Assembly: GCA_023267535.1 (NCBI GenBank)
Contig: JAHFNC010000002.1
Location: 119,426-183,425 of the forward strand
Source of the DNA: a bacterium
Lineage (GTDB): Bacteria > Patescibacteriota > Minisyncoccia > Phycocordibacterales > UBA5272
Direction: 5' to 3'
Length of the DNA: 64,000 nt
Part shown: positions 28,148-38,011 of the stretch, in pieces
Layout of the letters: every line of letters starts with the position of its first letter
Position numbering within the stretch: the first letter of the stretch is position 1
Position numbers and translations under genes: made by a program
Notes under the pieces: generated by a model
Told to the model about the DNA's origin: nothing
Database searches by the model: none
Seen by the model: the letters and a program-made list of their open reading frames with translations, nothing else

Positions 28148-28695
28148 CGTAACACTTTCGTTACTGTTCTTTGAGGAGAAAAAGAAGATGAAGAAGCGCC
28201 AACTCGCGACTTTGGATAACAGCCATTCGATCATCGCCATCACCGCGGCCATCGGCACCAGCTGAACCGGCGCCGGCCAGTAGCATGTTCTTCGTCATCA
28301 TCGTCAGGTCCATCGCAGATGTCCTGCGTAGCGCAAGCTTCGCAATGCCCGCAAGCGTAATCGCCGTTTGGCACGAGCAATCGTCGCCGGTCGGCTTCGC
28401 ATCCGGGCCCGAGGAATCTGTGGCGGATGAAGTCATCGCCTCATGGCGTAGGCACACCGAAAAGGCCGGTGGTTAGCCCGCCCATCGAGCTCTCAGAGCT
28501 CTTCGGCGATTTCAGAATCAGCGCCCAACGATAAGGAGGTCAAAACCAGAAACCCAAAAGTAAATCCCAAAAGTTACAGGGACCGCTGCTTGCGGGCTGG
28601 TACACAAATACAATCTTCGCCTCAACAACCAAGTCGGTACATCCGACACCCACTAACGCCCCAAGAACTTCGCTGTTCTGGGGCTTTATTTTTTA
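28148..28695 (+). ncRNA. Candidate structured RNA or leader unit of about 550 nt, GC-rich (roughly 55% GC in a roughly 33% GC genome), running from the promoter to an intrinsic terminator; contains a 25-codon SD-preceded ORF (28188-28265, MKKRQLATLDNSHSIIAITAAIGTS)
   Basis: Promoter at 28114-28141; terminator gccccaagaac-ttcgct-gttctggggc plus a T-run at 28658-28695; all six frames are open across this region, so the ORF-track entries 28161-28457 and 28285-28476 are not trusted. Confidence 0.35.
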
Positions 28696-28710
28696 TGCTA
28701 GAGTATTTAT

Positions 28711-29937
28711 ATGTTTTCTTTTTTAAATAAAAATAAATCAAATTCAAAAAGAATTTATCTGGATAATGCCGGTAGTACACCAACAAGCAAGCTCGCAACG
28801 AGTGAGTTTTCGCGCGTATCTTCTATTTTTGGAAATCCTTCCGCTATTTATAAAGAAGGAGTGGAAGCAAAAAATATTTTAAATGAAGCTAAAGAAAAAA
28901 TAGGAAAAATAATAAATGCACGAACTCATGAAATATATTTTACAGGCTCGGGAACCGAGAGTTGTAACTTAGCCATACTTGGAACTTACAAACAATGGAA
29001 AAAAGAAAATGAATATTCAAATAAATTACCTCACATAATTATTTCTTCTATTGAACATCCAAGCGTTATGGAATTGGTAAACTATTTATCAATAAACAGT
29101 TTAATAAATGTAACTTATCTTCCAGTTTACGAAGACGGATTAATAAAAGTTGAAGATATAAGAAAAGCGATTACCGAAGATACGATTTTAGTTTCGGTTA
29201 TGTATGCTAACAATGAAATCGGAACTGTGGAACCAATAAAAGAAATTGGAAGAATGATACAGGAAATTAAAAGTCAAAAGTCAAAAGTCAAAACTACAAA
29301 CCATCCTTACTTTCATACTGATGCTTGTCAGGCAGGAAATTATTTAAATTTAGATACTTATCGTTTAAGAGTAGATATGATGACTGTAAACAGTAGCAAA
29401 GTCTACGGTCCAAAGGGTGTGGCTATTTTATATAAAAAAGAAGGAATAGATATCGAGCCAGTTTCGTTTGGTGGTGGACAAGAAAGAGGGTTAAGAAGTG
29501 GAACAGAAAATGTCGCCGGAGCATATTCATTTGCTTGTGCTTTGGAAGAATCACAAGAGTTAAGAGAAAAAGAAAGCGAGAGGTTAAAAGAAATTCGTGA
29601 TGATTTTAAAAATAAATTAGAAAAGAAAATACCAGAGGTGACTTTTTATGGTGTGTGGGGAGAAGATAGATTGCCTAATAATATAAATTGTAGAATTCCA
29701 AATATCGGAAGTGATGAGATGATTATTAGATTAGATAATTTGGGTTTTGCGGTGTCACATAAATCAGCTTGTGCCTCACAAGTAGATGATGGTAGTTATG
29801 TAATTAAAGCACTTGGTGCGACAGACAATGAAGCTAAAGAAAATATTAGAATAACAATGGGGAGAGACACTACAAAAGAAGATATGAATAAATTAGTCGA
29901 AGCCATATTTCAAATTTATTCAAAGTTTGCAAAATAA
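28711..29937 (+). CDS. Cysteine desulfurase (class V aminotransferase, NifS/IscS-like)
   Basis: PLP lysine region NSSKVYGPKGVAILY; active-site Cys motif HKSACASQ. Confidence 0.8.
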   Translation: MFSFLNKNKSNSKRIYLDNAGSTPTSKLATSEFSRVSSIFGNPSAIYKEGVEAKNILNEAKEKIGKIINARTHEIYFTGSGTESCNLAILGTYKQWKKENEYSNKLPHIIISSIEHPSVMELVNYLSINSLINVTYLPVYEDGLIKVEDIRKAITEDTILVSVMYANNEIGTVEPIKEIGRMIQEIKSQKSKVKTTNHPYFHTDACQAGNYLNLDTYRLRVDMMTVNSSKVYGPKGVAILYKKEGIDIEPVSFGGGQERGLRSGTENVAGAYSFACALEESQELREKESERLKEIRDDFKNKLEKKIPEVTFYGVWGEDRLPNNINCRIPNIGSDEMIIRLDNLGFAVSHKSACASQVDDGSYVIKALGATDNEAKENIRITMGRDTTKEDMNKLVEAIFQIYSKFAK

Positions 29938-29938
29938 A

Positions 29939-29978
29939 AACGCGCAAGCATTGGCTTGCGCGTTAAGTTTTTGTTTTT
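29939..29978 (+). terminator. Intrinsic terminator
   Basis: cgcgcaagc-attg-gcttgcgcg followed by a T-run. Confidence 0.7.
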
Positions 29979-30366
29979 ATTCTTCGTAGAGGAATCTTTG
30001 CCCCTTCACGACTCCGGGGTAAAAGAAGGGGATGCCGATTTTGTTTACGGCCTCCGTTACTTCAATAACCACGCCACCTTTGTCTTCTTCATACGAGGCA
30101 TGAAATATGACCGAGAAAAATCCAGCGCCATATTTGAAAGAAAGAACATCTCTCTCGACACTTTTGGCACCGAGAAAGGTAATATCATTTTCATTCGGTG
30201 CTATTCCTCGCCGAGCAAGTTTCTGCTTCATGACAAGAAGTATAGCTTTTGGCGCCACTTCCCTTATTGTTCTTATTCGTTCATTGTGCATTTTCTGCAG
30301 AAGCAGTTTTTGACGCAATTCTTCAAGAGGCGAGAACGGACAAGCGAGAAAGAGTGAAGCACTCAT
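29977..30366 (-). CDS. Hypothetical protein (GC-richer patch)
   Basis: 129 aa ORF; no recognisable domain. Confidence 0.3.
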   Translation of the reverse strand: MSASLFLACPFSPLEELRQKLLLQKMHNERIRTIREVAPKAILLVMKQKLARRGIAPNENDITFLGAKSVERDVLSFKYGAGFFSVIFHASYEEDKGGVVIEVTEAVNKIGIPFFYPGVVKGQRFLYEE

Positions 30367-30489
30367 AATTTCTCCTTATTATTAACGAATTATTGAAATG
30401 TCCAAAACTTTTACTATAATAACATATATTTAGAATTTGTAAAGAGTTTTCTGTAATTTGTTTTTATAAAATATGATATAGTTTTACAT

Positions 30490-31059
30490 ATGTACGAAAC
30501 AAAAAATTTTTCAAACTTGTTGGGCTTAGAAGGTTTTAGTGACACATTATTAAATAATCATTTTACTCTTTACTCGGGTTATGTAACCAATGTGAATAAG
30601 CTGGTTGATTTGATGAAAACTAAAGAAGTTGGAACTCCTGAATACACAGAACTTCACAGAAGATTCGGTTGGGAATGGAATGGAATGAGATTACACGAAT
30701 TATATTTTGAAAATATGAAATCGGGCGGAGTCGCAATTTCTTCAGATGGAGAATTAAAAAAAGTTTTTGATTATCTTTGGGGATCGTTTGAAAATTGGCA
30801 AAAGGATTTTGTGGGAATTGGAACAATGCGTGGAATTGGTTGGGCGGTGCTAGCTTATGATTCTGAAAAGAAAATGATATTCAATACTTGGGTAGATGAA
30901 CACAATACTGGAAATTTAGTAGGAGCTATACCACTTCTTGTTATGGATGTTTTTGAACATTCTTATATGACTGATTATGGAACCAAGCGCGCCGATTATA
31001 TAAATGCATTTATGAAAGCAATTGATTGGAGTGTTGTAGAAAAAAGATTGGGCGCTTAA
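30490..31059 (+). CDS. Fe/Mn superoxide dismutase family protein (divergent)
   Basis: C-terminal DVFEHSYMTDYG resembles the SOD DVWEHAYY motif; candidate His ligands present (NNHF, RLHELY). Confidence 0.55.
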   Translation: MYETKNFSNLLGLEGFSDTLLNNHFTLYSGYVTNVNKLVDLMKTKEVGTPEYTELHRRFGWEWNGMRLHELYFENMKSGGVAISSDGELKKVFDYLWGSFENWQKDFVGIGTMRGIGWAVLAYDSEKKMIFNTWVDEHNTGNLVGAIPLLVMDVFEHSYMTDYGTKRADYINAFMKAIDWSVVEKRLGA

Positions 31060-31216
31060 ATAGTTGACACTTGTTTCATTTTTATATATAAAAAAGATAT
31101 ACTGTAATTATCCGAACGGCTGACACGTCTGTATATATGAATCCCTGAATTTATTAATTTATTTGAAATTTACTAATGAGTCATTTATTAACTATTTTAA
31201 CTAACTAATACATCAT

Positions 31217-33910
31217 ATGCCCCCAGCATTTAATAATTTCACAACCAAAGCTAAAGAAGTAATTCGTCGTTCACACGAAATTGCTATTGAACGTGGGCAA
31301 AATCAAGTGACTCCACTTCATTTGCTCGGCGCTCTTTTGACGCAAGAAGATTCAATTATTCACGCTATTTTAGAAAAAATGGAAATCGACGTGATTCATT
31401 TAACAGACACAGTAGCTGACGCTATTGAAGTTCCTGGCGCATCTTCTACAATGTCACCTTCATATCAGATGTATTTAACTCCAGACTTTGCTTCTGTTTT
31501 AGAAGCTAGCATGCAGATAGCACAGAAGTTAAATGACGAATTTGTTTCTACTGAACATTTATTCTTGGCGGTACTTGAAAGTTCAGGACAAGCGAGAGAG
31601 GTTTTGTCACGTTTTCGTATTGATAAAGATTTAGCATACAAAATATTACAAGATCTTCGCGCACAAAATATTACCGAAGCGCAAGGTCCAAAGAAAAATA
31701 AAGCCATTGTAAAATTCACTCGTAATTTTACTGAGATGGCAAGGCAAGATAAATTAGACCCTGTTATTGGTCGCGATAGTGAAATAATGCGTCTAATGCA
31801 AGTGCTATCTCGTCGCACAAAAAATAATCCAATACTTATCGGGGAGGCAGGAACTGGAAAAACCGCGGTAGTAGAAGGATTAGCTATTCGTATGGCAAAA
31901 AATGATGTGCCAGAGAGCTTGAAAGGAAAGGAGTTAGTTTCTCTTGATTTGGGAATGTTAATTGCTGGAACAAAGTTTAGAGGTGAGTTTGAAGAGAGAC
32001 TAAAAGCGATAATGAAAGAAATTGAAAGAAGCGAGGGAAAGATTATTTTATTTATTGATGAAATACACTCAATCGTTGGAGCGGGAGCTGCTGAAGGTGG
32101 AGCAGACGCGGCCAACCTTTTAAAACCGGCACTGTCTCGTGGGGAATTAAGAGCAATCGGAGCGACTACTCTAAAAGAATATCAAAAGCATATAGAAAAA
32201 GATCCAGCGCTCGCTCGTCGTTTTCAGCCTGTATTTGTGGAAGAGCCGACTCCCGAAGATACAATCGCCATACTTCGCGGATTAAAAGAAAAATACGAAT
32301 TGTTCCACGGTGTTCGTATAACTGATGACGCCATTTTATCGGCAGTTAATTTATCTACTCGTTATATCACTTCAAGATATCTACCAGACAAGGCAATTGA
32401 CTTGATAGACGAAGCGGCGTCGTCTCTAAGAATTTCTTTGGAAAACAAACCACCAGTTCTTGAAGAGGCGCACAGAAAGATAATGCGACTTGAAATTGAG
32501 AAGGAAGCTCTCAATAAAGAAATTATTGCTCATGACGGAAGTGATCATGGTGCCAAGAAAAGAATAAAAGGTATTGAAGAAGAAATTGCTAATGTCAGAG
32601 AAAAGACTCACGAGCTTGAGCTTCGTTTTAAAAATGAAAAAAATATTCTTTTGGAAATAAGTGAGATAAAGAAATCTTTAGAATCACTAAGACTTGAATC
32701 AGAAAATGCCGAGCTCCGTGCTGATTTAACTCGTGTCGCTGAAATTCGTTACGGACAATTACCAGAACTTCAAAATGAATTAAACATTAGACTTGATAAG
32801 TTAAAGAAATTGCAAAAGTCTCGTCGTGTTTTGAAAGAAGAAATAAATGAAGAAGATATTGCAAACGTTGTTGCTCGTTGGACAGGTATTCCTGTTTCTA
32901 GAATGTTGGAAGAAGAACAAGAGAAATTAGCAAACATGGAAGACTATTTGGGAAAGAGAGTTATTGGTCAACACGAAGCCATCAAAAAAGTATCGGATGC
33001 AGTCAGAAGATCTCGTGCTGGAATTGGCGATCCTAATCGTCCGATAGGAAGCTTCTTATTCCTTGGACCAACTGGGGTTGGCAAAACTGAATTAACCAAA
33101 GCTCTTGCTGAATTTATGTTTAACGATGAGAAGGCTTTGATTAAAGTTGATATGAGTGAATATATGGAGAAGCACAGTATTTCAAAATTAATCGGTTCTC
33201 CTCCTGGATATGTCGGACATGATGAGTCAGGACAATTGACCGAAGCTGTTCGTCACCGTCCTTATGCTGTAATTTTATTTGATGAAGTGGAGAAGGCACA
33301 CCCTGAAGTATTTAATTTACTTCTTCAGATGTTAGATGAAGGAAGATTGACCGACAATAAGGGTCGTATCGCCAACTTTAAAAATACAATTATAATAATG
33401 ACTTCAAATATTGGTAGCCAGTATATTCAGAAAATGGAGACTATTGGTTTTACAAATAATGATTCTAGTAGTGAGTATGTGCAAGTAAAAGAGAGAGTGA
33501 TGACAGCGTTAAAAGATTATTTCAAACCAGAATTTCTCAACAGATTAGATGATACTGTTATTTTTGATGTATTGTCATTAGAAGAAATAAAAAGAATTGT
33601 TGATTTACAAATTGTGGACATTAAGAAGAGATTGGTAGACAAAGATATTAGTTTAGCTATTTCAAAAGAAGTAATTGAATATATTTCCAAAAAATCTTAT
33701 GATCCACATTTTGGCGCGCGACCAATAAAGAGATTTATTCAAACAAATATCTTAAATAAAATTGCTCAACTAATGCTTACGAAAAAGTTTAATAAAGGAG
33801 GGGTAGCAGAAGTGACATTAAAGAAAGATGAAATTATTGTAGAAGCAAAAAGAACAGGCAAAATACCAAGCCCTCTTTCTCGAGAGCAAGTAATCGGAAA
33901 CAATAAATAA
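31217..33910 (+). CDS. clpB: AAA+ chaperone ClpB (two AAA modules plus a coiled-coil middle domain)
   Basis: Clp_N repeats; Walker [16 protein letters not shown] and [15 protein letters not shown]; long coiled-coil M-domain between D1 and D2. Confidence 0.9.
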   Translation: MPPAFNNFTTKAKEVIRRSHEIAIERGQNQVTPLHLLGALLTQEDSIIHAILEKMEIDVIHLTDTVADAIEVPGASSTMSPSYQMYLTPDFASVLEASMQIAQKLNDEFVSTEHLFLAVLESSGQAREVLSRFRIDKDLAYKILQDLRAQNITEAQGPKKNKAIVKFTRNFTEMARQDKLDPVIGRDSEIMRLMQVLSRRTKNNPILIGEAGTGKTAVVEGLAIRMAKNDVPESLKGKELVSLDLGMLIAGTKFRGEFEERLKAIMKEIERSEGKIILFIDEIHSIVGAGAAEGGADAANLLKPALSRGELRAIGATTLKEYQKHIEKDPALARRFQPVFVEEPTPEDTIAILRGLKEKYELFHGVRITDDAILSAVNLSTRYITSRYLPDKAIDLIDEAASSLRISLENKPPVLEEAHRKIMRLEIEKEALNKEIIAHDGSDHGAKKRIKGIEEEIANVREKTHELELRFKNEKNILLEISEIKKSLESLRLESENAELRADLTRVAEIRYGQLPELQNELNIRLDKLKKLQKSRRVLKEEINEEDIANVVARWTGIPVSRMLEEEQEKLANMEDYLGKRVIGQHEAIKKVSDAVRRSRAGIGDPNRPIGSFLFLGPTGVGKTELTKALAEFMFNDEKALIKVDMSEYMEKHSISKLIGSPPGYVGHDESGQLTEAVRHRPYAVILFDEVEKAHPEVFNLLLQMLDEGRLTDNKGRIANFKNTIIIMTSNIGSQYIQKMETIGFTNNDSSSEYVQVKERVMTALKDYFKPEFLNRLDDTVIFDVLSLEEIKRIVDLQIVDIKKRLVDKDISLAISKEVIEYISKKSYDPHFGARPIKRFIQTNILNKIAQLMLTKKFNKGGVAEVTLKKDEIIVEAKRTGKIPSPLSREQVIGNNK

Positions 33911-34004
33911 TTAATTATCAAATGGAAGGTCAAAAACCTTCCATTTGATTTTTGTTTTTATTTTGTTAGAGTTATTTTAGTTTTCTTTTGCAAGGGGAAA
34001 GAAG

Positions 34005-34472
34005 ATGTCAGCGGACCTATTGATTTATTTTTACGCCGAAAGGCCAGTGTTCTTTTGGCACAGAGTATTGGACTGTTTTATTTGCAATCTTTCGCCGGGG
34101 AATTATGCTCCTTGTTTCAAACCATTGGATTTAAATGGAAAGTGGAGTCAAATTGATCTTATACTTGATAATTCTAGAAATAAAATAATAATAGGCTTTA
34201 ACACTCAGCATTCATTTCCGGCTTCAGAGATAATTCCTAGGCTTTATCAAGTTTCCAAAACAGATACACTTACTATTAAGTTTTGTGTTTCTAGTATGGA
34301 TGAGATTTTCCGGAGTTATCAAAGCCATCGTGGCTTCGGAGATTATGTGGCGTTCTTTTGCAATCATCTTTATAAAGATTTAGCTCTTTCTGTTTGTGAT
34401 GAAGAAAGGAAAAAATTTGTTCCACTCACCAGAGAATTATTCGTAAAAAACGGTGGAAGACTTCTCTCTTAA
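34005..34472 (+). CDS. Hypothetical protein
   Basis: 155 aa ORF; no recognisable domain. Confidence 0.35.
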   Translation: MSADLLIYFYAERPVFFWHRVLDCFICNLSPGNYAPCFKPLDLNGKWSQIDLILDNSRNKIIIGFNTQHSFPASEIIPRLYQVSKTDTLTIKFCVSSMDEIFRSYQSHRGFGDYVAFFCNHLYKDLALSVCDEERKKFVPLTRELFVKNGGRLLS

Positions 34473-34550
34473 GAGAGATTTATACAGAAGGTCTGAAATT
34501 TTTTCAGGCCTTTTAAATTTTATTTATTTTGTGCTATAATTTTTTGACTT

Positions 34551-34634
34551 GCGTAGGTGGTGGAGTGGTCAATCACAACAGACTGTAAATCTGTCGCCCT
34601 TCGGGCTTCGCTGGTTCAAATCCAGCCCTACGCA
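34551..34634 (+). tRNA. tRNA-Tyr (anticodon GTA), type II with a long variable arm, no encoded CCA
   Basis: gcgtagg...acagacuGUAaaucugu...cgcccttcgggcttc...gctggttcaaatccagc...cctacgca; preceded by an extended -10 tgctataat. Confidence 0.85.
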
Positions 34635-34662
34635 CAAATAAAAATCCCGAAAGGGATTTTTT

Positions 34663-34800
34663 GCGTAGGGTTGGATTTGAACGGGAAAGGGGTCGGGAAA
34701 ACGGGAGTTTTCCCGTGGCGGAAGAATGGAAACCGAGGGGTTTCCAAACCGAAGCGATTGATAATGAGCGAAGGTTGTGAAATTACAGCCCTACGCACCA
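34663..34800 (+). repeat. tRNA-associated conserved element, tRNA-Tyr copy (inverted copy of the tRNA-Tyr T-arm/3' end, roughly 100 nt conserved core with two hairpins, direct copy of the tRNA 3' end)
   Basis: Terminator aaaaatcccgaaagggatttttt at 34640-34662; gcgtagggttggatttgaacg at 34663-34683 is the reverse complement of the tRNA 3' region; core GGAAAGGGGTCGGGAAAACGGGAGTTTTCCCGTGGCGGAAGAATGGAAACCGAGGGGTTTCCAAACCGAAG; cagccctacgcacca at 34786-34800. Confidence 0.6.
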
Positions 34801-34854
34801 TTTAGCACAATTAGTAACTCGTGACCAAATCAGAGCCCCTCACCAAAAGATTAA

Positions 34855-35454
34855 TTATTCTCTAGATTTTCGAGTATATAACTTACTAAAAACAAAAATA
34901 ATTACAATAATTGTAAAACCTATACCGATAGGCGTTATAACCGGACTTAAATTTTGCCAGGTGCTTCCTAGAAAATAACCAATCAACCCTAGTCCTACAG
35001 CATAAACAAATTCACCAGCTGAGCCATATATAAAAAATCTTTTAAATGATATTTCTTGTGATAAACCAGCCAGTATATTTACTAACGGCCCAATTTGTCC
35101 GAAAAAACGTGTAACAAAAATAGTCATTCTAGAATTTTTAAAAATGAATTTTTCAATATCAGTATATTTTTTTGATAACATCATTTTTTTTAAACCAATT
35201 TTCATTAAAAATTCTTTTCCATATAATCTTGAGATTATAAAACCCGTTAAGTCGCCTAAAATGTTAGCAAGAAAAGCTACCAACAACACTATGTAGATAT
35301 CCATATATCCTTGACTAGCAAAAGCGCCAGCGGCTAATAAACTTGTATTTGATGGCAGTGGCAATAGTAGAGCGGCTAAATAAGCAATGACAAAAAGAGC
35401 TATGTATTTATAAAACAGAATATAAGATAAGGTGGCAGAAATAATAAGACTCAT
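34855..35454 (-). CDS. DedA/SNARE-associated family membrane protein
   Basis: Multi-TM protein with the GxxxGxxxG-type DedA signature region FLANILGDLTGFIISRLYGK. Confidence 0.65.
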   Translation of the reverse strand: MSLIISATLSYILFYKYIALFVIAYLAALLLPLPSNTSLLAAGAFASQGYMDIYIVLLVAFLANILGDLTGFIISRLYGKEFLMKIGLKKMMLSKKYTDIEKFIFKNSRMTIFVTRFFGQIGPLVNILAGLSQEISFKRFFIYGSAGEFVYAVGLGLIGYFLGSTWQNLSPVITPIGIGFTIIVIIFVFSKLYTRKSRE

Positions 35455-35455
35455 G

Positions 35456-35839
35456 TTATTTTGGGGTAGAAGAAGATAAATATTCTCTCACACTAGTTTT
35501 TATATTTTCTATAAGTGTGTCTACAGGAACTTTTTTTCTTTTGGCGTATTGTCCGACAGTAAGGAAAGGGTATCTATAATCTTGTATGTTAAGAGTTTGT
35601 TCTAAATATGTTTGGGGTAAATTAAATAAATTATTAATGTAATCAAAGGTCATCCACGAAGATATGCGTGATATGTCTTCAATTAAAATCGGTTGACGGC
35701 GGCCATTTAAATGATGTTTCCATATGGAGTAATTATTATTTTTTGCTACATATGAACTAGGTATCATAACTATCAACAACAAAAACACAACGAAAATTAT
35801 TATTGTGATGGTTATTATTTTTTTCAAAACTGATTTCAT
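35456..35839 (-). CDS. Hypothetical membrane-anchored protein
   Basis: N-terminal TM IITITIIIFVVFLLLIVMI; stop and start overlap with the dedA gene. Confidence 0.35.
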   Translation of the reverse strand: MKSVLKKIITITIIIFVVFLLLIVMIPSSYVAKNNNYSIWKHHLNGRRQPILIEDISRISSWMTFDYINNLFNLPQTYLEQTLNIQDYRYPFLTVGQYAKRKKVPVDTLIENIKTSVREYLSSSTPK

Positions 35840-35968
35840 TATTAAATTAATTGTATATCAAAACAAAATTTAGTTCCATTTTTAAAAACTTTGAGATCTT
35901 TATTAAATAAGTAAAAAATTAAGACAAAATTAAAAGCGTGAGTCTTGCTCACGCTTTTGCGCATTCGG

Positions 35969-36352
35969 TTAGTGGAGATTTTTTGGTTTTTGTAGATTTT
36001 TTTCCTTTTGGAAGGAACGCATCATCTTTCTCACAGAAGACTTATGAGTCATCTTACTTCTTATATTGCACTCTACATTCCAGCGAACATTACATCCAGC
36101 AACATAGATTGAAATTATAAAAAAGAAAGGTTTATCTGTACACCAAGATACTCTCGTATGAGATTTTTCGGTCACTTTTACGAGAAGTGTTGGTTGTGGT
36201 TTACACATAGAAAAAATTTCATCACCAACTTGTTTTATTTTTTCTATAATTGCTTCCATACCTTTTTCACATTGTCTTGTTAGAAAAAGGGAACGGTTAA
36301 TTTGCTGTTTGTCACAGACATAACGACGCGATGTGTTACGCTTTGTTTCCAT
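35969..36352 (-). CDS. Hypothetical protein
   Basis: ORF only; a bidirectional hairpin at about 35935-35958 lies near its 3' end. Confidence 0.25.
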   Translation of the reverse strand: METKRNTSRRYVCDKQQINRSLFLTRQCEKGMEAIIEKIKQVGDEIFSMCKPQPTLLVKVTEKSHTRVSWCTDKPFFFIISIYVAGCNVRWNVECNIRSKMTHKSSVRKMMRSFQKEKNLQKPKNLH

Positions 36353-36448
36353 AAATTCCCCTAACTTATTTAACTAACACTAAAAAAGAACACTTGGACA
36401 TTAAATCACGATTTAATTGTTTTGTAAAATAAATGGTAATATTTCTCT

Positions 36449-37012
36449 GTGGAAGATAACTTTAAATTAAAAACTGACGAAGAGTTAATTGAGTTGATTT
36501 CTTTTAATGAAGAAGAGGCAATAATTGAATTATTAAAAAGATATGAAAAAAGTCTGTTTTTGTTTATTAGGAGATTTTCTTTTTCTAATGATGAATCGGC
36601 AGATATTTTGCAAAATATTTTTATAAAGATATGGAAGGGAAGCGGTAAGTTTGATAACAAAAGAGCCGGCGCCAAAACTTTTATTTGGACAATTGCTAGA
36701 AATACAATCTATGACGCATTAAGAAAGAAAAGATTGTTTATAGAAAATGAGTACGACAACGATGAAATGTTAGAGAACGTAACTGATAGCACAAATATAT
36801 TCTCTTCAATTCTTAAGAAGGAGGAGGAAGAAAACGTAAAAAAATTAATCAAGGAATTGAATGCCAATGAACAAACAATCTTTTCTCTTTATTACGGAGA
36901 AGATATGACTTTCAAAGAAATAGGGGAGATTTTAGGAAAATCGGTAAACACAGTTAAGAGTGTACATCTTCGTGCCATTAAGAAATTAAGGACGATGTTG
37001 CACCAAAATTAA
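36449..37012 (+). CDS. ECF-type sigma factor (sigma-70 family, regions 2 and 4)
   Basis: Region 2 FIWTIARNTIYDALRK; region 4 HTH FKEIGEILGKSVNTVKSVHLRAIKKLR. Confidence 0.8.
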   Translation: MEDNFKLKTDEELIELISFNEEEAIIELLKRYEKSLFLFIRRFSFSNDESADILQNIFIKIWKGSGKFDNKRAGAKTFIWTIARNTIYDALRKKRLFIENEYDNDEMLENVTDSTNIFSSILKKEEEENVKKLIKELNANEQTIFSLYYGEDMTFKEIGEILGKSVNTVKSVHLRAIKKLRTMLHQN

Positions 37013-37034
37013 ATATTAATCGTATAATGAAAGT

Positions 37035-37439
37035 ATGGAGAGAGCCTTAAGATCCATTTATAAAGAAAATAAAGATTATTTAGGAGAAAATGATCTAAAC
37101 AAAGTAGAGGGTAAGATATTACTCTCTATTCGTCGTAGGTTATTTTTGGCAAATATTTTTTATTCTTCAACATTTTTAATCTCTGTATTTTCTGCAGGGA
37201 AAATGTTTGTTTATATCTTAGACGATGTAAAGACCAGCGGTCTTATGTCGTTTGTTAACATGATGTTTGATGTAAATGTTTTCCAATCTTTCTCAAAGGA
37301 AATTATTTTATCAATACTTGAATTAACACCATTTATGTTTTTGATTTTGTTATCAATATCACTTATTGTTGTTCTTGTATCTGTTCGTAAAATAATTTTA
37401 AACTTTAATAATCATCTGTTCAGCTTTAATTATAAATAA
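37035..37439 (+). CDS. Putative anti-sigma factor or membrane protein co-located with the ECF sigma
   Basis: Position directly after the ECF sigma; two TM helices. Confidence 0.4.
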   Translation: MERALRSIYKENKDYLGENDLNKVEGKILLSIRRRLFLANIFYSSTFLISVFSAGKMFVYILDDVKTSGLMSFVNMMFDVNVFQSFSKEIILSILELTPFMFLILLSISLIVVLVSVRKIILNFNNHLFSFNYK

Positions 37440-37440
37440 T

Positions 37441-38001
37441 ATGAAGAATTTAAAAGAAGACCTAAAAAAAATTTGTGTTTCAAAATGGTTTCGTGTAAGC
37501 ATTAAAGTACTTGCCTTGATTATAATAATTTCACTTTCTTTTTCTTTAGGAGAATTAGTGGGATTTAAGAAATCTGGATTTGTTGAAGATTGGGGAAGAG
37601 GTTACGGAAAAAATTTTAGAAATGACAGATTTGAAGGCATACTCGGTATGATGGGTGGAGGAATGATGAGAGGTTATTTTAATTCATTTCAAAATTTACG
37701 AGGGGGTATGATGGTATCGTCTCACGGAATTTACGGTCAAGTTATTAGCAACGATGGTTCTTCTTTAATGATTGCTTTAGGAAATAATGTTGAAGATAAA
37801 ATTTTAGTTTCTTCAACTACTCTTTTAAGAAACGAAACTGGCAATGTACAACTATCAGACATAAAAGTCGGTGAATCTGTTGCAATTGTCGGTAATCCAA
37901 ACAATAGTGGAGAAATAGAAGCAAGATTTATTCGGATTATTAATCTAGATAATGGAATAAATACAAATAATAGTGAGCAAGCAAATCCTGTAAACAAATA
38001 A
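37441..38001 (+). CDS. Secreted or membrane-anchored protein with a Gly/Met-rich low-complexity region
   Basis: N-terminal TM, then GMMGGGMMRGYFNSFQNLRGGMMVSS. Confidence 0.45.
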   Translation: MKNLKEDLKKICVSKWFRVSIKVLALIIIISLSFSLGELVGFKKSGFVEDWGRGYGKNFRNDRFEGILGMMGGGMMRGYFNSFQNLRGGMMVSSHGIYGQVISNDGSSLMIALGNNVEDKILVSSTTLLRNETGNVQLSDIKVGESVAIVGNPNNSGEIEARFIRIINLDNGINTNNSEQANPVNK

Positions 38002-38011
38002 TTACCTTAAT

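Noticed and set aside
28161-28476. ORF-track ORFs 28161-28457 (minus strand) and 28285-28476 (plus strand) as protein-coding genes
   Set aside because: They lie inside the GC-rich region where all six frames are open. They have no RBS, and the promoter/terminator geometry fits an RNA unit instead.
28148-28695. Assignment of the GC-rich unit to tmRNA, RNase P RNA or SRP RNA
   Set aside because: I looked for the tRNA-like 3' end and tag frame, the P4 core and the SRP domain IV motif and could not find them by eye. It is left as an unassigned candidate RNA.
31465-32115. Long antisense ORFs inside clpB (31465-32115), smc (56292-56768, 56955-57725), topA (16091-16393) and rel (13658-13945)
   Set aside because: They lie opposite well-supported conserved genes and are typical antisense open frames.
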